Shown in pieces: positions 54,756 through 62,715 of a DNA stretch of 64,000 nucleotides. Each line of letters opens with the position of its first letter. The first letter of the stretch is position 1. A program made the translations under genes and the position numbers. A model generated the notes under the pieces. That model had not been told where the DNA came from, did not search any database, and saw nothing but the letters and a program-made list of their open reading frames with translations. The DNA comes from Patescibacteria group bacterium (GTDB lineage Bacteria > Patescibacteriota > Minisyncoccia > Minisyncoccales > UBA5738): the NCBI GenBank assembly GCA_022710775.1, contig JAKLGH010000001.1, forward strand, positions 69,824 through 133,823. The letters are read 5' to 3'.

Positions 54756-56360
54756 ATGCCAACTCCCGATTTTCTCAAAAAAAACCCGATTCTGACTTTT
54801 TTTGTTTGCGCCGTAATAATCATTTTAATCCTGATCCAGCTGCCTAAGATCCGGCAAGCAGCCATTAACGGCGAAAATGCCAGAGACGCGGCGGCGGTGA
54901 GCCTGATTACGATCAGCGATTATAAAAAAACGTCTTCGATCACGCTGGACAGCGGCTTGGTCGAATCGATAAGCCAGGCCGATCTGCGAAGCCAATTCTC
55001 GGCTCCGGTCGAATCGGTCAACGTCGCCTTGGGCGACCGCGTAGCTAAGGGCCAGATTCTTGTCTCGCTTAAAAATGACGATCTGACTGCCCAGCTCGAC
55101 CAGGCTAAAGCCGGTTTGGTAAGTTCCCAAGCCTCTCTTCAAACCGCGGAAAACGGAGCCAGGCCCCAAGAATTGGAAATTTCGAAAACCCAAGCCAGGC
55201 AAGCGGCTCTGTCCCTGGAAGCGGCTCTCCGGGATTCTTACGCCAAAGCCGACGACAGCGTCAGAAACCATATTGATAAATTTTTTCTGAACCCCTCAAG
55301 CAGCTCGCCGGATTTCTTAATCATCATCAATTCCGAAGGGACCACGATCCGATATGGCGCGATCGGCAATGAACAAGCGGCTTTAGCTGAAGCCAAGCGG
55401 GTTGAAATGGAAAAACGCCTGAACAGCTGGCAACAAGACCTGGCGTCGATGGATGGATCCGCTGATCTTTCCAACCATATTTTAACCGCGGCTTCAAACC
55501 TCGAATTCTTGATCGATTTTTTAAATGATCTTTCTCCTTTAGCCAACGCCATTACCGCCAACAACGGCGCGGAAAAACAGGTTTTAGACGGATATAAAAG
55601 CGAACTTTCCGCGGCCCGATCAGCGGCCGCCGGATCATTAGCCTCGCTGCTCGGATCCGAAACAAGTTGGAAGCTGGCGGTCCAGTCGCTGGACCTGATG
55701 AAAGCCGGATCGACCAAAGAACAGCTGATACAAGCCAAAGCTATGGTGGCCCAAGCCGCGGCATCGGTCGAGGCTCTCGAAGCCCAAGTGGAAAAAACCG
55801 TCATCAGAACTCCAATCGCGGGCACTATCTCCTATTTGGATGCGCGCCTCGGAGAAGTGGCCGCCTTTGGACAGCTTGTCGCGTCTATTATCAATCCCGG
55901 CGCTTTGCAGATCAAAACCTATGCCAGCATCGAAGACCTGCCTAATATTGCTATTAATGACCGGGTTGAAATCGGAGACGGCCGGGCGGTCGGTTATGTT
56001 TACCGGATATCCCCGGCGATCGATCCGGCCTTGAAAAAAGCCGAAGCGATCGTCATCGTCGACAAAAACAGCGCTGATTCGCCCATCGTCGCCGGCCAAA
56101 CCGTGAATTTAAGCATCGAAAGCAAAAAAAGCGGATCCAAAACGCTTTATTTGCTGCCGATCCAAGCCGTTAAAACCAACGGGGCAAGCTACGTATACGC
56201 CGCCAGCGGCGAAAACACGGTCGTATCGATTCCGGTAACCGTGGGAAACCTGGTCGGCGAAACAATTGAAGTTTGGGGAGATTTTAACGCGGACCAAAAA
56301 ATTATTTCTTCGGTTATGGGCATCGCGCCGGGAAATAAAGTAATAATCAGCGAACAATAG
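54756..56360 (+). CDS. efflux RND periplasmic adaptor (membrane fusion protein, HlyD-like) with a long coiled-coil hairpin
   Basis: N-terminal TM, lipoyl-like KGQILVSLKNDDLTAQLDQAKAGL, a long Ala/Gln-rich coiled coil, then IRTPIAGTISYLDARLGEVA. Confidence 0.85.
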   Translation: MPTPDFLKKNPILTFFVCAVIIILILIQLPKIRQAAINGENARDAAAVSLITISDYKKTSSITLDSGLVESISQADLRSQFSAPVESVNVALGDRVAKGQILVSLKNDDLTAQLDQAKAGLVSSQASLQTAENGARPQELEISKTQARQAALSLEAALRDSYAKADDSVRNHIDKFFLNPSSSSPDFLIIINSEGTTIRYGAIGNEQAALAEAKRVEMEKRLNSWQQDLASMDGSADLSNHILTAASNLEFLIDFLNDLSPLANAITANNGAEKQVLDGYKSELSAARSAAAGSLASLLGSETSWKLAVQSLDLMKAGSTKEQLIQAKAMVAQAAASVEALEAQVEKTVIRTPIAGTISYLDARLGEVAAFGQLVASIINPGALQIKTYASIEDLPNIAINDRVEIGDGRAVGYVYRISPAIDPALKKAEAIVIVDKNSADSPIVAGQTVNLSIESKKSGSKTLYLLPIQAVKTNGASYVYAASGENTVVSIPVTVGNLVGETIEVWGDFNADQKIISSVMGIAPGNKVIISEQ

Positions 56361-56361
56361 C

Positions 56362-59300
56362 ATGTCAGGAAAATCATCATCCGATTACCAATACTTGAAC
56401 CGGCTGGAGTTTAAACCGGAGCTCAAAAAGACCTGGTTGAATTTTTTTGTCTCCCGCTTCCGCGTCGTCATTTTGCTCATTCTTTTGATCACGGCTTGGG
56501 GCCTGTATTCCTATTTCAAACTCCCCCGCGAATCCAATCCCGAAGTAAAAATCCCGATCGCGGTGGTTTCAACCGTTTTCCCGGGAGCGTCTCCAACCGA
56601 CATTGAGGAATTGATAACCAAAAAAGTCGAAACCAAGATCTCCGGGCTGAAAGGCGTAGACTCGATAACCTCCTATTCATCCAATTCCGTTTCGACGGTA
56701 GTCGTGGAATTCGACGCCAAAGAAGACCTTGAAGACTCCATCAGGAGCGTGCGCGACAGCGTTTCCACCTTGAAGAACAGCCTGCCGGAAAACGCCAATG
56801 ACCCGGTCGTAAACCAGATATCGCTTGACGATACGCCCATCCTGACAGTCGCCGTCAGCGGTCCCTACGACGGATTTGCCTTGCGCGACCATGCCGACAA
56901 CATCAAGGACGAGCTGGAAAAGATCAGCGGCGTAAGGGAAGTGATGATTTCGGGCGGAGACCAAAAAGAAATATCCGTTTCCTGCCTGCCGGAAAAACTC
57001 CGTTTTTACGGCGTTTCCGTCGACCAGGTAACTTCAAGCCTCGCTGCCGCCAACCTTTCGATGCCTTCCGGAAATTTTGACGGCGGCACCTACGTCTATT
57101 CGATCTCGGCCGACGCGAGGGTTTACGACGCCGAAGCTTTCGGCCAGATTCCGATAGCGGCAGGCGGCACCCTGGCTCCCGTCTACTTAAAAGACGTAGC
57201 CGAGGTTAAGGAAACCGCCATCAAGAAAACCGCCTATTCGCGGATCTCTTCGGCGGGCCAAGCGCCTTTGGATGCCGTTGAGATCAGTATCGTCAAAAGG
57301 GCGGGCGGAAATATCATCGAAACCGCGGATGCCGCGAAACTGGCTTTTGATTCCTACATCGCAAAAAATCCGGGATTAAGATACGACGTAACGCTTGACC
57401 AATCCGATTATATCCGGGAAGATTTCGACCAGTTGACGCACGATTTCATCCTTACTATTTTCCTGGTAATGGGCGTTCTGCTTTTGATGGTCGGATTCAA
57501 AGAAGCTTTTGTCGCCGGCTTGGCCATACCTTTGGTCTTTTTCGTCTCTTTCGGGGTAATGAGCCTTTCGGGTATTACCATGAACTTTCTTTCAACTTTC
57601 GCTTTACTGCTGTCGCTGGGCTTGATCGTCGATGACGCCATCGTTGTCGTTTCGGCAACCAAGATGTACATGCGCACCGGAAAATTCACGCCCGAAGAAG
57701 CGATTCTTTTGGTTTTAAACGATTTCAAGGTCGTACTTACCGCCACGACGCTGACCACGGTCTGGGCCTTTTTGCCTTTGCTTTTTTCATCCGGCATTAT
57801 GGGCATTTTTATCCGGTCGGTTCCAATCGTCCTCTCGGTTACCCTTATCTCTTCGCTGGCTATCGCGCTGATGGTCAACCATCCTTTAGCCGCTGTTCTT
57901 GAAAGAGTGCGCTTAACTCCCGTTTTTTTCTTTATTTACCTCTCTCTGGCGTTTTTGGCCGCCCTCTCGCTCCTGGCTCAAGGCGGCATCGTTTCAACTG
58001 TCATCGCCGCGGCGATCATCGTTGCCGTCGGCGCGCTGATATTCTGGTATGAACGCGGAGGAAAGAAACCGCTTTGGGAAAACCGCCGCCTGCTCTACCT
58101 TGAAGCGAAAAGCGACGAACTGATAAAGGCCAAGCTAAAGGCCCAATCCTTAAACGACGATAAAACCGATTTTAGCGCCAGATTGTCGCACGGCATCGCC
58201 AATATCAACGCTTTCCTGCCATTGTACGAGAAACATCTGGCCATGCTGATCGACGATAAAAAGAAAAGGAAATTTTTTTTGGCGGCGGTATTCGGCTTGT
58301 TCCTGGCGGCGGCGGCGCTGCCAATCCTTGGAATAGTTAAAACCGAGTTCTTTCCGGCCGACGATTTTAATTATCTTACCATTAATATTGAAGCCCCCAT
58401 CGGATACAAGCTGGAAAAGACCGGCGCAATCGTCTCTAAGGTCGAGGAAAAATTGCTGGCTTACAAGGAAATAAAGAATTTCTCGACCGTGGTCGGCGGA
58501 TCAGCCGCCACGGATACTTTTACTTCAGGATCCTCCTCATCCGCGGACACGGCCGGCATAACGATAAATCTTGTACCCAAAAGCGAACGCAAACTAAAAT
58601 CCTATGAACTCGGCGAATTGATGCGGAATGATTTCGCGGATATTAAGGATGCTAAAATCGTCGTTACCGAGCTTCAAGGCGGACCGCCAAGCGGTTCGGC
58701 TTTCGAAGCCGACATTATGGGAGACGATCTGGATGAACTGACCCGCATCGCCAACGACCTTAAACCCCGGCTGGAAAAGATCAGCGGCGTCATCAACGCC
58801 GACATTTCGTTAAAAGAAGCTCCCCCGGAATATACCTTTATCCTAAACCAGCAAAAACTGGCCGAGCACAGCCTGAATGCCGCCTATGTCGGCGCGGTTT
58901 TGCGCAGCGCTGTTTCGGGCACCGAAGCGACAACGGTATTCAGCAATAACAAGGAAATATCGGTGAATGTCCGTTTCGATCCCGGATCGATCCCGTCATT
59001 GAACGATATCCAGAACCTTCAGATCGTCAACCTCGCCAAGCAGCCGGTTTATCTGAAAGATGTGGCCGATATCAAACTGGTGCCCAGCGTCCGCACCATC
59101 GAACGAATCGATCAAAAAAGGACGGTCGTCCTTTCCTCCGACGTAGCCGCGACCGCCAATGCCAACCTGGTTTTATCCGAATTCCAAAGCATATTAAAAA
59201 ATGACTATAAACTGCCCCAGGGCTATGAAATATCTTACGGGGGGCAAAATGAGGAAAACGCCAATTCGGTCATGTCGATCTTACTGGCCATGATCGTAGC

Positions 59301-59751
59301 GTTCGTATTGATCATCACCACCCTGGTCATCCAGTTTAATTCGTTCATTAAAGCCCTGATCGTGCTGATCACCGTACCTTTGGCTTTGATCGGAACTTTC
59401 ATTGGAATGGCGCTCACCGGCATCACCTTAAGCTTCCCCGGGCTGATCGGAATCCTTGCCCTGTTCGGAATCGTCGTAAAGAACGCCATTATCTTAATCG
59501 ACAAGATCGGGCTTAATTTAAAAAGCGGCATTGCCTGGCGCGATTCGATCATCGACGCGGGAAAATCCCGGCTTGAAGCGATCTTTATCACTTCATTTTG
59601 CACGATATTAGGCATCGTTCCGATCACCTTATCGAGCAAAACCTGGGAAGGCTTGGGCGCGGCCATAATCTTTGGCCTCTCCATCTCCTCTTTCTTTACC
59701 CTGTTTGTCATCCCCGCTTTGTTTGCCCAATTCTTAAAAGAGGAAAAGTAG
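56362..59751 (+). CDS. RND-family efflux transporter permease (AcrB/AcrD/AcrF family)
   Basis: 1129 aa. LPRESNPEVKIPIAVVSTVFPGASPTDIEELITKKVE, with duplicated 6-TM bundles (..SLGLIVDDAIVVV.. and ..LFGIVVKNAIILID..). It starts 2 nt after the MFP stop. Confidence 0.95.
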   Translation: MSGKSSSDYQYLNRLEFKPELKKTWLNFFVSRFRVVILLILLITAWGLYSYFKLPRESNPEVKIPIAVVSTVFPGASPTDIEELITKKVETKISGLKGVDSITSYSSNSVSTVVVEFDAKEDLEDSIRSVRDSVSTLKNSLPENANDPVVNQISLDDTPILTVAVSGPYDGFALRDHADNIKDELEKISGVREVMISGGDQKEISVSCLPEKLRFYGVSVDQVTSSLAAANLSMPSGNFDGGTYVYSISADARVYDAEAFGQIPIAAGGTLAPVYLKDVAEVKETAIKKTAYSRISSAGQAPLDAVEISIVKRAGGNIIETADAAKLAFDSYIAKNPGLRYDVTLDQSDYIREDFDQLTHDFILTIFLVMGVLLLMVGFKEAFVAGLAIPLVFFVSFGVMSLSGITMNFLSTFALLLSLGLIVDDAIVVVSATKMYMRTGKFTPEEAILLVLNDFKVVLTATTLTTVWAFLPLLFSSGIMGIFIRSVPIVLSVTLISSLAIALMVNHPLAAVLERVRLTPVFFFIYLSLAFLAALSLLAQGGIVSTVIAAAIIVAVGALIFWYERGGKKPLWENRRLLYLEAKSDELIKAKLKAQSLNDDKTDFSARLSHGIANINAFLPLYEKHLAMLIDDKKKRKFFLAAVFGLFLAAAALPILGIVKTEFFPADDFNYLTINIEAPIGYKLEKTGAIVSKVEEKLLAYKEIKNFSTVVGGSAATDTFTSGSSSSADTAGITINLVPKSERKLKSYELGELMRNDFADIKDAKIVVTELQGGPPSGSAFEADIMGDDLDELTRIANDLKPRLEKISGVINADISLKEAPPEYTFILNQQKLAEHSLNAAYVGAVLRSAVSGTEATTVFSNNKEISVNVRFDPGSIPSLNDIQNLQIVNLAKQPVYLKDVADIKLVPSVRTIERIDQKRTVVLSSDVAATANANLVLSEFQSILKNDYKLPQGYEISYGGQNEENANSVMSILLAMIVAFVLIITTLVIQFNSFIKALIVLITVPLALIGTFIGMALTGITLSFPGLIGILALFGIVVKNAIILIDKIGLNLKSGIAWRDSIIDAGKSRLEAIFITSFCTILGIVPITLSSKTWEGLGAAIIFGLSISSFFTLFVIPALFAQFLKEEK

Positions 59752-59783
59752 CAAACTGGCTGTTGTTCCAGCCAAGGCAAAAC

Positions 59784-59809
59784 CGCCCTTATCGGGCGGT
59801 TTTGTTTTC
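59784..59809. terminator. bidirectional rho-independent terminator between the RND operon and the distal end of the CRISPR array
   Basis: CCGCCC-TTATC-GGGCGG, preceded by AAAA and followed by TTTTGTTTT. Confidence 0.7.
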
Positions 59810-59880
59810 CAGAGACCGGGACTCTGCTGGCTTCTGGTCTCTGTTGGCTTTTTGGGTGGCGTAATTTTGGAGCAGAATAA

Positions 59881-60721
59881 ATCTACAAAAGTAGAAATTG
59901 AATATGCCTATTAGAGTTGTTAAGTGATAGGTATAACAAGTAATCTACAAAAGTAGAAATTGAATATGCCTATTAGAGAAAGAAGAACTAAAAAGATTAC
60001 AATATCTACAAAAGTAGAAATTGAATATGCCTATTAGAGTTTTAGTGCTATTGATGGTTTTTCTATCTACAAAAGTAGAAATTGAATATGCCTATTAGAG
60101 TTTTTAATTCTTTTAAGATGTCTTCATCTACAAAAGTAGAAATTGAATATGCCTATTAGAGAACAGACAAATCGCCAATATTATCTTATCTACAAAAGTA
60201 GAAATTGAATATGCCTATTAGAGTTTACCGGAATCAGGACCCCTCGTTTATCTACAAAAGTAGAAATTGAATATGCCTATTAGAGTGCCAAGAGTCCGGG
60301 CAATCATCTGATCTACAAAAGTAGAAATTGAATATGCCTATTAGAGTTAAAAATTTTTTGAAATATCAGTACAATCTACAAAAGTAGAAATTGAATATGC
60401 CTATTAGAGAAACTGGCGCTCGGAATTCTATGAGATCTACAAAAGTAGAAATTGAATATGCCTATTAGAGTCCCATAAAGGCAATCGGCTGTCGTATATC
60501 TACAAAAGTAGAAATTGAATATGCCTATTAGAGCTTTCGTTAGATGATCAATACTATCAATATCTACAAAAGTAGAAATTGAATATGCCTATTAGAGACC
60601 GCCTTGTCATAAAAACATACGTTATCTACAAAAGTAGAAATTGAATATGCCTATTAGAGTCGCCTACTTGCTATGGCTGATATACATCTACAAAAGTAGA
60701 AATTGAATATGCCTATTAGAG
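59881..60721 (-). CRISPR. CRISPR array: 14 identical 36-nt repeats and 13 spacers of 25-28 nt, Cas12a-type repeat
   Basis: Plus-strand repeat is ATCTACAAAAGTAGAAATTGAATATGCCTATTAGAG. Repeat starts are 59881, 59943, 60004, 60065, 60126, 60188, 60250, 60311, 60374, 60435, 60498, 60562, 60624, 60686. The reverse complement CTCTAATAGGCATATTCAATTTCTACTTTTGTAGAT ends in the Cas12a handle, so transcription runs on the minus strand, as for the cas genes. Confidence 0.97.
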
Positions 60722-60852
60722 AGCTGATCGGATCGTAATTAGCTTTAAAGATGCGATTATTGAATAAAATTCAGATAACGACTTTAAGCTAATTACGACC
60801 GAAAAAAGCATAAAGACTAAGGTTTTTTCTAATAGATACATGGCAATTTCCA
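60722..60852 (-). promoter_or_regulatory. CRISPR leader (between cas2 and the first repeat), AT-rich with a long inverted repeat
   Basis: A 131-nt AT-rich region adjacent to the cas2-proximal repeat. The inverted repeat TCGTAATTAGCTTTAAAG (60733..60750) / ACTTTAAGCTAATTACGA (60781..60798) flanks a 30-nt AT-rich loop. Confidence 0.5.
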
Positions 60853-61164
60853 CTAATTTGCTACTTTTTGATTTGGTATTAAATTGCCAAAGAACAGAAA
60901 GTCTTTCTCTTCATTTTCCGCATATCCGTACCGCTTTAATTTTCCCTTACAACCTTCGCATACGGTGATTATAATAATGCTGTCTCTTTTTGTAAAGATT
61001 GGCTTGTATTTCATATCTATCTCTTTCAGCAAATTTGCCAAAAACCGGGAACTGTTTTTAACTTCATAAACCGAATATTGCAACCGCCGTCCGTATTTTT
61101 TTAAAAACTTGGAAAATTTGCTTCTGGTTTTATTATCTTCAAAATCATAAGAAACTATAAACAT
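60853..61164 (-). CDS. cas2: CRISPR-associated endoribonuclease Cas2
   Basis: MFIVSYDFEDNKTRSKFSKFLKKYGRRLQYSVYEV is the Cas2 N-terminal beta-alpha motif with the conserved Asp. 103 aa, adjacent to cas1 and the array. Confidence 0.9.
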   Translation of the reverse strand: MFIVSYDFEDNKTRSKFSKFLKKYGRRLQYSVYEVKNSSRFLANLLKEIDMKYKPIFTKRDSIIIITVCEGCKGKLKRYGYAENEEKDFLFFGNLIPNQKVAN

Positions 61165-61196
61165 TTTAAGTTAATCCGCCGCAGACCGAACATTAT

Positions 61197-62171
61197 TTAA
61201 CCGTGGCTCGCTTGTTTTTTTTGCTTCAAAGAAAACTTCGGAAAATCCGAACCGTTCATCACGCAATAATAAAAATCCCGAACATAACAATAAATTTCTT
61301 CCCGATGATCCAAAATCGCCTGCGCAAATATCGCCAGATACTTTTCCTGGCGATCCCAGCCTAATTCCCGCTTTCCGGCTCTTTCCTTAAAATCATCTAC
61401 ATCAATTTGCCTAAGATGATAGGCCTTAACAATCGCTTTATCGATAATACAGCGAAAAGGCTCAATCAAATCGCAAACAAGCGATTTTCTCTGAAAAAAC
61501 AGCCGGTGATAAAACCCTTTATAAGAATCGAAGCCGTATATACCAACCATGCCGTCGATAAAATTGAATAACATGGTATACCCGATATCGAGCAAAACAT
61601 TGCTTACATCGGTTTTGGCTCGCGGCAAGCGGCGTTTCCACCCCATTTCTGAAAAATATTCCTGAAAGAAAAACTTGCTTGCTGACCCTTCAAGTCCCAG
61701 CAAATCATTGCCATTTTTTGCTTCCGCCACTTTTAATTTAATATCCTTAAGGCTTGCCGGGTTTTTGGTCATCTTTTGCTCCAACAGCAATCCAACCTGA
61801 TTATCAATTTTATTCGAAACAAGCTTCTTGGCCATTTCAAGCTCAGCTGCATTATCCCAAGAATATTGCTTTTCCCGCAATAAATAATTACCTTCGGCCG
61901 TCGAGATTATCCGGGCGTAGGCTAAAAAATTTCGGTTGCATAAAAATACGGAAACACCGCATTTTTTGCAATTTCTAACCATCACGCTGGTAAGCGAACA
62001 TTCTCCAATGATAAATACACAAAAAACCTTGTGGCAAGATATCTGGTTCTCGATCTTACCGTTCTTGCATAAACAAATATTGTCATTGGCAATCTTAATT
62101 TTGTCCACATCGATATTCCCGGCGCTCACGAACAATATTTGTTTTTCCCGAAAATCAGGCAGGCTCAGCAT
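61197..62171 (-). CDS. cas1: CRISPR-associated integrase Cas1
   Basis: LGLEGSASKFFFQEYF.., NVLLDIGYTMLFNFI.., GFYHRLFFQRKSLVCDLIEPFRCIID are Cas1 catalytic-domain motifs (E, H, D/E). Confidence 0.93.
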   Translation of the reverse strand: MLSLPDFREKQILFVSAGNIDVDKIKIANDNICLCKNGKIENQISCHKVFCVFIIGECSLTSVMVRNCKKCGVSVFLCNRNFLAYARIISTAEGNYLLREKQYSWDNAAELEMAKKLVSNKIDNQVGLLLEQKMTKNPASLKDIKLKVAEAKNGNDLLGLEGSASKFFFQEYFSEMGWKRRLPRAKTDVSNVLLDIGYTMLFNFIDGMVGIYGFDSYKGFYHRLFFQRKSLVCDLIEPFRCIIDKAIVKAYHLRQIDVDDFKERAGKRELGWDRQEKYLAIFAQAILDHREEIYCYVRDFYYCVMNGSDFPKFSLKQKKQASHG

Positions 62172-62175
62172 ATAA

Positions 62176-62715
62176 TTAGTGGCAAAGCGGCTGGTAAACG
62201 CATTGCAAGCATTTATTTTCGTTAACCGGCCGCGGAATTTCGGGCCGATATTTTTTCATTTTTTCGACAAGCGACAAAAAATGGTTCATTTCTTCCTCAT
62301 CGGGGATAGCTATCTTATAACGTTTATTGTCGGCCAATGATTGAATCGCCAGTGATTTAACCTCGTAACCCATTTCCCGCAAGCAAACCATTTGCGCGTA
62401 AAGCTGGTATTTATAACCGTCAAATATCGTTTTCACTTTGTACTTCCGTTCAACAAGCAACCCGCTTTTAATATCGAAAGTATCAATCTTTCCCATAATC
62501 CCCAGCCGTTCCGAGCAAACTTCCAATCCCTGCAAAACATTCTTAGCGGTCGTATAGGTTCTGTTGTCCACCGCTTCATGCGCAAGCCGTCCAACCGTCT
62601 GCGCCGTCCGATGATAGGTTTTAACGCTAAAATCATCATATACCGAGTGCAAATAGATCGAATAAGGGCAAAAAATAAAATCATTTATCTTGGAAATCTG
62701 TATATAGTCTTCCAT
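62176..62715 (-). CDS. cas4: CRISPR-associated exonuclease Cas4 (RecB-like, 4-Cys)
   Basis: The N-terminal Cys is in INDFIFCPYSIYLH. The nuclease core reads GKIDTFD..LVERKYK. The C-terminal cluster is CLQCVYQPLC. Its ATG overlaps the effector stop (TAATG at 62713..62717). Confidence 0.9.
   Translation of the reverse strand: MEDYIQISKINDFIFCPYSIYLHSVYDDFSVKTYHRTAQTVGRLAHEAVDNRTYTTAKNVLQGLEVCSERLGIMGKIDTFDIKSGLLVERKYKVKTIFDGYKYQLYAQMVCLREMGYEVKSLAIQSLADNKRYKIAIPDEEEMNHFLSLVEKMKKYRPEIPRPVNENKCLQCVYQPLCH

Noticed and set aside
55238-55825. Minus-strand ORFs inside the MFP and RND genes (also 54825..55271, 55638..56099, 57408..57878, 59235..59780)
   Set aside because: They are antisense to long, motif-rich efflux genes, so they are shadow ORFs.
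60828-60835. 8-nt match (TCTAATAG) complementary to part of the CRISPR repeat, considered as an anti-repeat or tracrRNA
   Set aside because: It is too short and lies in the AT-rich leader. The repeat itself carries the self-contained Cas12a handle, so no tracrRNA is expected.
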